Positions 10,747-20,466 are shown, numbered from the stretch's first letter. The stretch is 64,000 nucleotides of DNA from an uncultured Verrucomicrobiae bacterium (GCA_963726745.1 CAVSDR010000006.1:800001-864000), one strand, 5' to 3'. Translations and numbers: made by a program. Notes: a model not told the origin generated them from the sequence alone.

Positions 10747-11333
10747 TGACCCGACTCCTCGTCCTCTTTCTCGTCACCGCGCCGTCGCTCGCTTTTGCGG
10801 CGGAGCCGAAAGTGAACGCGCTCCAGTTCTCCGGCCCGGCCTGGTCGCCCTATCTCGTCGGCGCGGGCATCGGCGTGCTCAGTTGGTTCACCTTTTACTT
10901 CGCGAACAAGCCAATCGGCGCCTCGTCCTTCTACGCGACCGTCGCGGGCGGCATCGGCCGGCTCTTCGCGCGCAAGCACACCGACTCGCTCGAGTATTAC
11001 AAAGACAACCCGCCCAAGCTCGGCTGGGAAACGGTGCTCGTGCTCGCGACAATCGCGGGCGCGTTCATCTCTGCGAAAACAGGCAGCGAGTTCACCGGCG
11101 AATGGCTCCCGCCGTTTTGGGTCGCGCGTTTCGGCGAGCAATCCTTCGCGCTCCACGCCGCTCTCGGCCTCGCCGGCGGCGTCCTGATGGCGTTCGGCGC
11201 GCGTTTCGCCGGCGGCTGCACCAGCGGCCACGGCATCAGCGGCGCGCTTCAGCTCAACCTCGGCTCGTGGATCGCCGTCATCTGTTTCTTCATCGGCGGC
11301 ATCGCCGTCGCCTACCCGCTTTACCTCTTATGA
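10743..11333 (+). CDS. YeeE/YedE family sulfur-compound transporter subunit
   Basis: 'WSPYLVGAGIG', 'GARFAGGCTSGHGISG'. Confidence 0.9.
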   Translation: MMTRLLVLFLVTAPSLAFAAEPKVNALQFSGPAWSPYLVGAGIGVLSWFTFYFANKPIGASSFYATVAGGIGRLFARKHTDSLEYYKDNPPKLGWETVLVLATIAGAFISAKTGSEFTGEWLPPFWVARFGEQSFALHAALGLAGGVLMAFGARFAGGCTSGHGISGALQLNLGSWIAVICFFIGGIAVAYPLYLL

Positions 11334-11916
11334 TCGACCCCGGTTCTGCCGTGAAAAAAGGGAGCGAAAAACCCGAGGCCGCGATCGCCCCGCCGGCCAA
11401 GCTCTTCCTCGCGCTCGTCGCCGGTCTCGCCTTCGGTTTCCTTCTGCAAAAGGGCGGCGCGGCCAAGTTCAACATCCTCATCGGCCAGCTCCTCCTCCAG
11501 GATTGGACCGTCGCGAAGATCATGCTCAGCGCGATCGTCGTCGGCATGCTCGGCATCTACCCGCTGCACGCGGCGGCGAAGGTGAACCTCCACCTGAAAC
11601 CGACCCGCCTCGGGCCGCAGATCATCGGCGGGCTCGTCTTCGGCGCCGGCTTCGCACTCATCGGCTACTGCCCCGGCACCGCCGCGGCCGCGCTCGGCCA
11701 GGGAAACTTCGACGCGCTCTTCGGCATGACCGGCCTCGTCATCGGCTCCTATCTTTACGCGGAATCTCCGGCTGGCTGAAGCGGATGGACTGGAAAGACC
11801 TCGGCAAAGTCACCCTGCCCGACACGATCAAGGTCGCGCGCCTCCCCTTTGCCCTCGGCTTCGCGGTTCTCCTCATCGGCGTTCTCTTCGCGCTCGAAAA
11901 GCTGACCATTCGTTAG
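11330..11916 (+). CDS. Second YeeE/YedE family subunit (frameshift near 11765)
   Basis: 'FGFLLQKGG', 'GGLVFGAGFALIGYCPGT'; C-terminus 'GWLKRMDWKDLGKVTLP' in another frame. Confidence 0.88.
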
Positions 11917-11924
11917 GCAGCGAG

Positions 11925-12683
11925 ATGGCACTCGCGCTGGCATTGGCGGTCTTGATCGGGCTCTCGCTCGCGCTTCTCGGCGGCGGCGGATCGATTATCA
12001 CCGTGCCGGTGCTGGTCTATGCGGCCGGGCAAACGCCGCAGGAAGCGGTCCCGATGTCGCTCGCGATTGTCGGCGCGGTCAGTTTGCTCGGGACATTGCA
12101 GAAAGCACGTGCCGGCCTTGTGCATTGGAAAGCGGTCTGGGCCTTTGGCGGCGCCGGGGTTCTCGGCGCGGCGCTGGGCGCGCAAGGAACCGCGCTGGTT
12201 TCGTCGCGCGTCCTCATGCTCATCTTCGCCGCGCTCATGCTCGGCGTGGCCGTGAACATGTGGCGCCGCCCGCACGACCTCAAAAAGCGCGATGCCGAGT
12301 GTCATGTCGGCCGCTGTCTCGCGGCTGGGTTTGCCGTCGGCGCGCTCACCGGATTCCTTGGCGTCGGCGGCGGTTTTCTGCTCGTCCCTGCGCTCGCTTA
12401 TTTCGCGCTCCTGACCACGCCGATGGCGGTCGGCACTTCGCTCGCCATCATTGCGATCAACTCGATCGGCGGCCTGCTCGGCCACTGGAGCGCCGCCGAA
12501 GGACAATGGACCCGGATCGCTTGGTTCCTCCTCGCCGCCGTCGCCGGCATGATCATTGGCCTGCCCTTGGCCGGACGGATTTCTCCGCGGCAGTTGAATC
12601 GCGCCTTCGCGGTCTTCGTCGTGCTCGTGGCCCTCTTCGTTATCGGCCAGACGCTGCTCCATCCGCAGGCCGCACAATTTTAA
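11925..12683 (+). CDS. TauE/SafE sulfite exporter family protein
   Basis: 'LLGGGGSIITVPVL', 'GFLGVGGGFLLVPAL', 'AVGTSL'. Confidence 0.92.
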   Translation: MALALALAVLIGLSLALLGGGGSIITVPVLVYAAGQTPQEAVPMSLAIVGAVSLLGTLQKARAGLVHWKAVWAFGGAGVLGAALGAQGTALVSSRVLMLIFAALMLGVAVNMWRRPHDLKKRDAECHVGRCLAAGFAVGALTGFLGVGGGFLLVPALAYFALLTTPMAVGTSLAIIAINSIGGLLGHWSAAEGQWTRIAWFLLAAVAGMIIGLPLAGRISPRQLNRAFAVFVVLVALFVIGQTLLHPQAAQF

Positions 12684-12703
12684 ACCACGAACCGAAAGGA
12701 CCC

Positions 12704-13147
12704 ATGAAAGACCTGAAGAAATTAAACGACCGCATCACCATCGGCGGCCAGCCGAGCGCGAGTGAGATCGAGGAACTAAAGCGCGACGGCTTCCGCACGA
12801 TCGTGAACCTGCGAACCGAAGGCGAAGACGACCAGCCGTTGAGCCCGGACGAGGAAGGGAAAGCGGTCGAGGCGGCCGGGATGAAGTATGTCCACTTCCC
12901 GGTTTCGAGCGCGACGATGACCCCGGAGATGGTCGATCAGTTCCGCGAGAAATTGCCGAAACTGGACGGCCCGGTCCTGGTGCATTGCCACGCCGGCATG
13001 CGCGCAGGCGCCTTCACCATGATGGCGACCGCGGTCGAGGAAGACTGGAGCGGCGAAGAAACCCTCGCGAAGGCGGAGGCGATGGGCTTCAAGTGCGAAG
13101 CGCCGCAGCTCCGGCAGTTCGTCAGCAGCTACGTCGATAATCATTGA
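12704..13147 (+). CDS. DUF442/Blh-like PTP-fold sulfur transferase
   Basis: 'IGGQPS', 'GFRTIVNLRTEGE', CX5R loop 'HCHAGMRA'. Confidence 0.85.
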   Translation: MKDLKKLNDRITIGGQPSASEIEELKRDGFRTIVNLRTEGEDDQPLSPDEEGKAVEAAGMKYVHFPVSSATMTPEMVDQFREKLPKLDGPVLVHCHAGMRAGAFTMMATAVEEDWSGEETLAKAEAMGFKCEAPQLRQFVSSYVDNH

Positions 13148-14688
13148 GCGTGGCAACTTGTCATGCGCTGGTGCTTCGCTGCTCTCCTTTCGTTCCTTTG
13201 CTCGCGATGAGTGTGCAGGGCGAGCCGCGGCGCATCGTGCTCCTGCACACGAACGACATCCACGGGCACATCACCGCGTGGCGCGGCTGGGAAGGTGAGC
13301 TCGCCGGCAAATCAGTCGGCGGGTTCGACCGGCTCGCGGCCGCGGTAGAAAAAGAACGCGCGCAGGCCGGCGCCGACCGCGTCCTCCTGCTGGACGCGGG
13401 CGATGCGATCGGCGACACCATGCTGGCCGACCTGACGCAAGGTGCGGCAGTGCTCGAGTGCATGGCGGCGCTCGGTTACGACGCGATGACGCTCGGCAAT
13501 CACGAGCCCGACTTCGGCGTGGCGACGCTGCGCCGTTACCTCGGGGAAGGGAAAGTGCCGATGCTGGCCGCGAACGTCCGCGAGAACGGCGGGAACTTCG
13601 CCACGCAATTTCAAATCAAGGAGGTCGGTGGCGTAAAGGTCGGCTTGCTCGGGCTGGCCTATCCGAACACGCCGCTCACGACCGCACCGAAGAACGTCGA
13701 AGGCCTGGCGTGGGAAGCGGATTCCGCGGCGGTCGTGCGCCGGCTCGTGCCGAAAATGCGCGCGCAAGGCGCGGAGCTCATCGTCGTCCTCTCGCATCTC
13801 GGCCTCGGCGCGGATAAGACACTCGCCGAAGCCGTCCCGGAAATAGACGTCATCGTCGGCGGTCACAGTCACAACCGCATGGAGCGCGCGCTCGCAGTTG
13901 GCTCGACCTTGATCGTGCAAGCCGGTGCGCATCTTTCCGACCTCGGCGTGCTCGAGCTCGCGGTGGAAGCCGGCCAGGTGACCGCGCACCAGCGGCGACT
14001 TATCCCGCTCACAGGCCCGGCCGATCCCGCCATGACCGCGCGGATCGCCAAAATCCGGAAGCCTTTCGCGGCCCAGCTCGATGAGTCGTTAGGCGAGGCC
14101 GCCGAGCCGATCGTCCGCGCGCAAACTCTCGCGGGGACGGACGCGCGTCAGCGCGACGAGCAATCGCCGGCTGACTCGCTCTTTGCCGACATCCTCCGCG
14201 CGAAAACAGGGAGCGAAATCGCGCTCCTGCCCGGCGTCGGCTACGGGGTAGCCATTCCGGCCGGACCGATCACCGCTGAGATGCTGCGCAACCTCGTGCC
14301 GCACGACGGCAAGGTTGTGACCATGACGCTGACCGGCGCGCAGATCCGCGAGATTCTGCAGCAGGCAGTCGAGAACAGCTACAGCAACGACCCGCAGCGG
14401 AAGGTCGGCGGGATGATCCAGGTGAGCGGCCTGCGCTTCACCCACGACGAGAAACGCGTGCTCGAGGATTCGTTAGACCCGAGCCGCACCTATCGCGTCG
14501 CGACCAACTCCATGCTCGCGCAAGGCGGCCATCGTTACCGCACGTTCCGCGACGGCGGCGACCGCGCCGAGCAGGGCGGACAATTTCAAACGATCGCTGA
14601 TTGGATCAAAACCGAGAAAAGAGTGAACGCGCCCACCGATGAACGCATCTCACGAAAGACCGCCGGAGCTCCCGCCCCGCAAAAATAA
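13144..14688 (+). CDS. Secreted 5'-nucleotidase/SoxB-superfamily dimetal hydrolase (true start probably ATG 13163 with an indel near 13198)
   Basis: 'HTNDIHG', 'DAGD', 'GNHE', 'SHLG', 'GGHSH'; SoxB-like C-terminal segment; ATG 13163 gives signal-like MRWCFAALLSFL. Confidence 0.85.
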   Translation: MSVATCHALVLRCSPFVPLLAMSVQGEPRRIVLLHTNDIHGHITAWRGWEGELAGKSVGGFDRLAAAVEKERAQAGADRVLLLDAGDAIGDTMLADLTQGAAVLECMAALGYDAMTLGNHEPDFGVATLRRYLGEGKVPMLAANVRENGGNFATQFQIKEVGGVKVGLLGLAYPNTPLTTAPKNVEGLAWEADSAAVVRRLVPKMRAQGAELIVVLSHLGLGADKTLAEAVPEIDVIVGGHSHNRMERALAVGSTLIVQAGAHLSDLGVLELAVEAGQVTAHQRRLIPLTGPADPAMTARIAKIRKPFAAQLDESLGEAAEPIVRAQTLAGTDARQRDEQSPADSLFADILRAKTGSEIALLPGVGYGVAIPAGPITAEMLRNLVPHDGKVVTMTLTGAQIREILQQAVENSYSNDPQRKVGGMIQVSGLRFTHDEKRVLEDSLDPSRTYRVATNSMLAQGGHRYRTFRDGGDRAEQGGQFQTIADWIKTEKRVNAPTDERISRKTAGAPAPQK

Positions 14689-14692
14689 CCTT

Positions 14693-15271
14693 ATGAAATC
14701 GAAAAACATCGCCCTCGTTGTCTTCGCCGTCGGGCTCGGCGTCCTCACCTGGCGCTCGAGCAACGCCTCCTCCGGCGGCGCCTGCTTCGCCCGCCTCTTC
14801 CCCACCTCTTCGCAGGTGCGCCCGATCGCGAACACCGAGGGCGCCGGAAAAGCCGCGCCCGCCTTCGAGTTGAAGGATCTCGAGGGCAAAACGGTCAAGC
14901 TCTCGGACTTCAAGGGGAAGGTCGTGCTCCTGAATTTCTGGGCCACCTGGTGCCCGCCCTGCCGCGAGGAGATCCCCGACCTCGTCGCTTTGCAGAACGA
15001 ATACAAAGACAAGGGCCTGGTCGTGCTCGGGGTCTCGTTAGACCAAAACGGACCCGCGCAGGTGAAGTCGTTTGTCAGCCGGATGAAGATCAACTACCCG
15101 GTAGTCATCGGGGACGAGAAGATGGCCATGAGCTACGGCAGCATCCAGGCGATCCCGACGACCTTTTACATTGATCGTGCCGGCAAAATCGCCGGCATGC
15201 ACGAAGGCGGCGCGGACAAGGAAATGTTTGAGCAGGCCGTGAAACCACTCCTCGAAAAACCAAGCGCCTAA
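14693..15271 (+). CDS. TlpA-family thiol-disulfide oxidoreductase
   Basis: N-terminal anchor; 'LNFWATWCPPCREEIP'; 'IPTTFYID'. Confidence 0.92.
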   Translation: MKSKNIALVVFAVGLGVLTWRSSNASSGGACFARLFPTSSQVRPIANTEGAGKAAPAFELKDLEGKTVKLSDFKGKVVLLNFWATWCPPCREEIPDLVALQNEYKDKGLVVLGVSLDQNGPAQVKSFVSRMKINYPVVIGDEKMAMSYGSIQAIPTTFYIDRAGKIAGMHEGGADKEMFEQAVKPLLEKPSA

Positions 15272-15273
15272 CC

Positions 15274-15696
15274 ATGAAAAACCTACTCGCATTTGCCCTT
15301 CTCGCCTTCATGAGCTCCAGCCCACTCGCCGCCGCCGAAATCGCGAAACACCGTGTCCTCTTCGAGGTCACGATGGGCGGCGAAGAGCAGTGGACCGGCG
15401 TGCTGAACAACGTGAAGAACGTCCGAGCCGCGCTCGGCGCCGAGTCCACCGAGGTCTTCGTGGTCGCGCACAGCAACGGCCTCGGCCTGCTCCTGCAAAA
15501 GGAAAACAAATTAGCCGACCGGATCAAGGAACTCGCTGGCGAAGGCGTTATCTTTGCCGCCTGCGAGAACACGATGAAGAAGAAAAACGTGACCAAGGCC
15601 GACCTCCTGCCGGCCGCGACCACGGTCGATTCGGGCGTGGCCGAGGTGGTGCGGAAACAGGAAGCCGGCTGGAGTTACCTCAAGTCGGGGAGCTGA
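15274..15696 (+). CDS. Secreted DsrE-family protein
   Basis: Signal peptide; 'VVAHSNGL', 'FAACENTM', 'SGVAEVVRKQEAGWSYLK'. Confidence 0.85.
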   Translation: MKNLLAFALLAFMSSSPLAAAEIAKHRVLFEVTMGGEEQWTGVLNNVKNVRAALGAESTEVFVVAHSNGLGLLLQKENKLADRIKELAGEGVIFAACENTMKKKNVTKADLLPAATTVDSGVAEVVRKQEAGWSYLKSGS

Positions 15697-15709
15697 GCTA
15701 GCTGCCTGC

Positions 15710-17137
15710 ATGGCGCAGAAGACAATCGCGATTCTCGGCGGTGGCTCGGCGGGACTGACGGCAGCGCGGACCGCGCGGGAATTCGGCGCGCGCGTGCTGC
15801 TTTTTCTCGGCCGTCGCGGCGCGGCGGCTTCGCTTTGCATCGAACGCGGCTGCATGCCGTCGAAAGCGATGTTCGAGCCGATCGACGCGATGCACCACGC
15901 GAAGCGGCACGGCTGGCTCGAGGTGCACCCGCGGGAGCCGGAGCAATTCCTCGCCCAGATCGTGGCTTGGAAAGATCGCGAGATCGATCGCTTCCGTTGC
16001 TTCCGCGAGGAGGAACTGGAGCGGCTGCACTGTCCCGACTTCCAAATCATCCCGCGCGACGCGCGTTTCAATGGTCCTAACGAAGTGGACGACGGCGAAC
16101 AGCGGTATCGTTTCGACGCGGCCATCATCGCCACCGGCTCGGCGAATTCGATCCCAGCGGAAGTGCATGTGCCGATCGGCCCGGACGGCGTCTGGACAAA
16201 CAGCGAGATCCTCGCGAACACGAAGCTTCCGCGCACGCTCGCGGTCATCGGCGGCGGACCGATCGCGCTCGAGTTTTCGCTCCGCTACGCGCGGCTCGGC
16301 TGCGCGGTCACGATTCTTTCGCGTTCGAAGTTGCTGTCTAAATTTCCCGCGAAATTCGGCGAGCGTCTTCAGCAAATTTACGAACGTGAAGGCTTGCGCA
16401 TCCTGACGGGACACAATCTCCTGGCGCTGGATCGCGCGGAGAATGGCAACTTTTCCGTGCGCACGAAAAGCGCCGCGGCCGGCGAGGAAACGTTCACCGC
16501 GGAGCGCGTTCTCCTCGCCACCGGGCGGCATCCGATTCTCGAAACGCTGAACCTTGGTGCGGTCGGCATCGAGCCGGGCAAGCACGGCAAGCTCGAGGTC
16601 GACGACGATATGCGCGTGCGCGGCCAACGGCACATCTTCGCCGCAGGCGACGTGGCCGGCCTACGCATGGTGGTGCACCAGGCGCACATCGAAGCCGGCA
16701 TCGCGGCCGAGAACGCAGTGAAAGAAAGCGATCGCCGATGGGAGCGGCGCTCAAACATTCAGGTGGTTTTTTCCGATCCCGAATTTGCCTTCGCCGGGAT
16801 GAGCCGCGAAACCGCCGAGAAGAAAGGCCTGGCCGTCGCCACCGCGGAAGGGGAGAGCGCCGATGTCGGCAAGCTGCACCTCGCGGGCGACGATCTCGGC
16901 TTCGGCGAATTTGTCGCCGACCGGGAGAGCGGCCGCCTCCTCGGCGCGGGCCTGCTTTGCAGCGACGCGGCCAATCTCATCCACCTGCCAGCCTACGCGA
17001 TCGACCACGAGCACACGGTCCACCAGCTCGTCACCGGCGAATATTATCACCCGACGAAAACTGAGATTGTCTCGGAAATAGGCGACGCTCTCTGCCGCGA
17101 GCTCGGCGGCACGCCCTTCTGCCGGGCGGGCGAGTAG
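15710..17137 (+). CDS. Class-I pyridine nucleotide-disulfide oxidoreductase (dihydrolipoamide dehydrogenase/MerA-like)
   Basis: 'GGGSAG', redox disulfide 'CIERGCMPSK', 'GGGPIALE', 'FAAGD', 'YHPT..E'. Confidence 0.88.
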   Translation: MAQKTIAILGGGSAGLTAARTAREFGARVLLFLGRRGAAASLCIERGCMPSKAMFEPIDAMHHAKRHGWLEVHPREPEQFLAQIVAWKDREIDRFRCFREEELERLHCPDFQIIPRDARFNGPNEVDDGEQRYRFDAAIIATGSANSIPAEVHVPIGPDGVWTNSEILANTKLPRTLAVIGGGPIALEFSLRYARLGCAVTILSRSKLLSKFPAKFGERLQQIYEREGLRILTGHNLLALDRAENGNFSVRTKSAAAGEETFTAERVLLATGRHPILETLNLGAVGIEPGKHGKLEVDDDMRVRGQRHIFAAGDVAGLRMVVHQAHIEAGIAAENAVKESDRRWERRSNIQVVFSDPEFAFAGMSRETAEKKGLAVATAEGESADVGKLHLAGDDLGFGEFVADRESGRLLGAGLLCSDAANLIHLPAYAIDHEHTVHQLVTGEYYHPTKTEIVSEIGDALCRELGGTPFCRAGE

Positions 17138-17183
17138 ACGGCGCGCAGTTGCCGCCGGCGAGCTTTGCCGCGATGGATGCCGC

Positions 17184-18044
17184 ATGCTGATCGAAACGCA
17201 CGCGCATCTCGATTATCCGGATTTCGCCCCGGACTTTGACGACGTTCTCCAGCGCGCAGCCGACGCCGGCGTGACGCGGATGATCACCATCGGCACTTCG
17301 CTCGCGAGCAGCCGGCGCGCGGTCGAGCTGGCGGAAACACACGACCACATCTACGCGGTCATCGGCGTGCATCCGACGGCGGAGGACGAGACCGCGGAGG
17401 ACGTGATCACCCCTCTGCGCGAGCTGGCGCAAAGCCCGCGGGTGGTCGCGATCGGCGAGACCGGTTTGGATTACCATCGGCTCCCGAGCGTGGAGGCGGC
17501 CAAGGCGAAGAGCGTGCAGGTGGCGCACGCGTTGCAAGGCGAGACCGACGCGGACATCGAGGCCGGCTTGCATGATGGCGCTTACAAGTCGCGGCAGGCG
17601 AGTTTGTTTGAGCAACAGCTTGATCTCGCGGTCGAGCTGCGGCTGAACGTGGTCATCCACCAGCGCGATGCCTGGGAAGATACGCTGGCGATTTTGCGGC
17701 CTTACGGCCGGCAGCTCAGCGGCGTCTTCCATTGCTTCGGCGGGACGCGGGCGCAGGCCGAGGAAGTGATTGCGCTGGGCCACCTGGTTTCCTTCACTGG
17801 GATCGTGACCTTCAAGAACGGCCAGCAGGTGCGCGAGGTCGCGGCCCAGCTCTCGTTAGGCGAATTTATGGTCGAGACCGATTGCCCGTATCTCGCGCCG
17901 GTGCCTTTTCGCGGGAAGCGCTGCGAGCCGGCGCATACCCGGCTGGTCGCGGAGACGATCGCGCAAGCGCGCGGGATTTCGCTCGAGGAAGTGGCGCGCG
18001 CGACCACCGCGACCGCGGAGGAATTTTTCCGATTCAATCGATGA
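17184..18044 (+). CDS. tatD: TatD family hydrolase
   Basis: 'ETHAHL', 'GETGLDY', 'HCF', 'ETDCPYLAP'. Confidence 0.93.
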   Translation: MLIETHAHLDYPDFAPDFDDVLQRAADAGVTRMITIGTSLASSRRAVELAETHDHIYAVIGVHPTAEDETAEDVITPLRELAQSPRVVAIGETGLDYHRLPSVEAAKAKSVQVAHALQGETDADIEAGLHDGAYKSRQASLFEQQLDLAVELRLNVVIHQRDAWEDTLAILRPYGRQLSGVFHCFGGTRAQAEEVIALGHLVSFTGIVTFKNGQQVREVAAQLSLGEFMVETDCPYLAPVPFRGKRCEPAHTRLVAETIAQARGISLEEVARATTATAEEFFRFNR

Positions 18045-18646
18045 TGCGTTTCCTCTGTCTCCTCGTCTTCATCTCGCTGCTTGTTTCCTGCACGACGCCG
18101 GACACGCGGCATCGCGTGGTCATCAGTGTGCCGGAGCAAAAAATGGCTGTGCTCGAAGATGGCGCGCCGGTGGCGACCTATCCCGTTTCGACCTCGAAAT
18201 TTGCGATCAGCGATGCGCCCGGCAGCCGCGGCACTCCGCTGGGTGAGCTGGAAATAGCGCGCAAGATCGGCGATGGCGCGCCGCTCGGCGCGGTCTTCAA
18301 GGATCGCCGCCGCACCGGCGAAGTGCTCCTGCCGGATGCGCCCGGGCGCGATCCGATCGTGAGCCGCATCCTCTGGCTGCGCGGCCGCGAGGCGCGCAAT
18401 CGCAACGCCTTCGACCGCTACATCTACATCCACGGAACCGCGGAGGAGCGGAACATTGGCCGGCCAGCCAGCTACGGCTGCATTCGCATGCGTTCGCGCG
18501 ATGTGATCCGCCTTTACGAAATCGTGGGCGAGGGCGCGCGCGTGAGCATCTTGAATGAGCCTCTCTCCAGCGCGCTGCCGGGCCTGGCGTCGTCGCGAGA
18601 ATTGCTCGCCGGGGAAGCGCCCTTCCAGGCGCCCACCGGAAATTAG
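18041..18646 (+). CDS. L,D-transpeptidase (YkuD family) lipoprotein
   Basis: Lipobox 'LVSC'; 'IYIHGT', 'SYGCIRM'. Confidence 0.9.
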   Translation: MMRFLCLLVFISLLVSCTTPDTRHRVVISVPEQKMAVLEDGAPVATYPVSTSKFAISDAPGSRGTPLGELEIARKIGDGAPLGAVFKDRRRTGEVLLPDAPGRDPIVSRILWLRGREARNRNAFDRYIYIHGTAEERNIGRPASYGCIRMRSRDVIRLYEIVGEGARVSILNEPLSSALPGLASSRELLAGEAPFQAPTGN

Positions 18647-18697
18647 GCAGCGCTTTCGGACGCGCCGGGGAACGCGCCCTGCTAAATCGGTTGCTGG

Positions 18698-20425
18698 ATG
18701 TCCAGTCGAGATCAGAATGCGAGCGCACGGAAAACCCACCTGCATGCCGAGCGTTTTTTCGTGCGCGTCGGCGTGGGCATATTTCTCGCGGTCCTTCTGA
18801 TTGCGGGGCTGTTCTGGGGCGGCCGAGCCGCGTTCTCCCGTGTGCAGCGGCATCGCTTACTCCAACAGGCGCATGCTTCGCTCGAAAAAGGCGATGCGCA
18901 TTGGGCCATCACGGCGGCCCGCCGGGTTTACGAACTGGATCCGCACAATGTGGAGGCGCTGCGAATCCTGGCGCAGATCAGCGAAAAAAGCGGCTACGCC
19001 GCGGCAGTGGATTGGTGGCAGCAAGTGGTGCAGGCGGCACCGGGCTCGGTGCCGGACGGGATCGCGCTGGCCCGGAGCGCAGTTCATTTCAAACAATGGC
19101 GCATCGCGGAGGAGGCCTTGCGCCAGATGGCGAGCAAGGCCGGCGAACTACCGGACTATCATAAAGTAAAGGCGGAGTTGGCGGAGGCGCGTGGAGATAG
19201 TGCGACGGCCGAAAAGGAATTGGCCGAGGCGCTGCGGTTAGCCGGACACAACGACGACCTGGCGATCGATCTGGCCTTGGCGCGCCTAAAAGAAGAGGCG
19301 CCGGAGAAGCGGGAGCAAGCACGCCAGACGCTGCGGGAATTCATGGGCCAGGAGGCGACGCGCCTGCGGGCTGCCCGGGCTTTGCGCCGGGACGCAGCGG
19401 AACGACGCGAGCTGCATTCGTTAGTCGAGCTGGCCGCAACGACAGCGCGCTACCCTGAGGCGGATTTTGCCGACCGGCTGTTCCAGGTGGCGATGCTCCA
19501 TGAATTGCAGATGGCGGATTTCCCCGAGGCGCTCGCGATTTTGCAGCAGGAAGCTGCCGGCGAGCCCGCCAAAGCCTTTGCCCTCCTGGATTGGATGAGC
19601 ACTTCGCGGCTCTCTCTGCTGGCGCTGGAGTGGGCCAAGACGTTGCCCGCAGAAATGTCCACGCATCCGCCGGTGCCGCTCGCGCTGGTTCACTGCCATG
19701 CGGCCCTGCACGATTGGGATGGCCTGGCGTACTTTTGCCGGAGCGGAAACTGGGGAGCGCTGGAACCACTGCGCCACGCCGCCGCGGCGCGAGCCCTGCG
19801 CGAGCGTGGGGACAGCTTGGAAAGCCGAACGGAATGGGCGCTGGCCCTAAAGGCAGCCACAGACTCGAACAAGCTGCTCGCCCTCGAGCAGGAAGTGGCC
19901 ACGTGGGGATGGAAAGAGGAAGCGATCGACCTTCTTTGGACCCTGGCGAAAGATGCGGAGAAGCAGGAGATCGCCCTCAGCAGTCTGTATCGCTACTACG
20001 CCGAAAGCCGCGAGACCGGGGAAATGTATCGCGTCGCCGTGCGGCTGCTGGCGTTGCGCCCACAGGATCCCGTGGCGCAGAATAATTTTGCGCAGCTCGC
20101 GCTCCTGCTTGAAGTCGACCGGCCGAGGGCCACGGAGGTGGCGGCGCAATTATATCAAAACGAACCCGGCCAAGCGGCCTTCGCTTCGACTTATGCCTAT
20201 GCGCTGCATCTGCAGGGAAAAACGGCCGAAGCGCTCCGCATTATGCAAAGTCTGCCTCCGGAAGACCTCCGCCAACCGGCCATCGCCGCGTATCAAGGCA
20301 TTTTCTTAGCCAGCAACAACCGCCCAGCGGAGGCAGCGGAATACCTGGCCTTAACCGGGAACGCGACTCTTCTGCCCGAAGAGGAAGCTGCTATCAGCAA
20401 AGCGCGAGCGCGCCTTTTGCACTGA
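18698..20425 (+). CDS. Membrane-anchored TPR-repeat protein
   Basis: N-terminal TM helix followed by helical repeats (e.g. 'PQDPVAQNNFA'). Confidence 0.75.
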   Translation: MSSRDQNASARKTHLHAERFFVRVGVGIFLAVLLIAGLFWGGRAAFSRVQRHRLLQQAHASLEKGDAHWAITAARRVYELDPHNVEALRILAQISEKSGYAAAVDWWQQVVQAAPGSVPDGIALARSAVHFKQWRIAEEALRQMASKAGELPDYHKVKAELAEARGDSATAEKELAEALRLAGHNDDLAIDLALARLKEEAPEKREQARQTLREFMGQEATRLRAARALRRDAAERRELHSLVELAATTARYPEADFADRLFQVAMLHELQMADFPEALAILQQEAAGEPAKAFALLDWMSTSRLSLLALEWAKTLPAEMSTHPPVPLALVHCHAALHDWDGLAYFCRSGNWGALEPLRHAAAARALRERGDSLESRTEWALALKAATDSNKLLALEQEVATWGWKEEAIDLLWTLAKDAEKQEIALSSLYRYYAESRETGEMYRVAVRLLALRPQDPVAQNNFAQLALLLEVDRPRATEVAAQLYQNEPGQAAFASTYAYALHLQGKTAEALRIMQSLPPEDLRQPAIAAYQGIFLASNNRPAEAAEYLALTGNATLLPEEEAAISKARARLLH

Positions 20426-20426
20426 G

Positions 20427-20466
20427 AAAAAGCAAACGGGCCGGCTCCGAAGAACCGGCCCGCTGC
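20427..20466 (-). terminator. Intrinsic terminator between convergent genes
   Basis: Stem CGGGCCGG/CCGGCCCG with T-tract on the minus strand. Confidence 0.65.

Noticed and set aside
13144..14688. Calling the hydrolase soxB and the operon a Sox pathway
   Set aside because: GNHE rather than GHWE, and no soxXAYZCD in the window
15710..17137. Mercuric reductase merA
   Set aside because: No vicinal C-terminal CC pair, no N-terminal metal-binding domain and no mer genes
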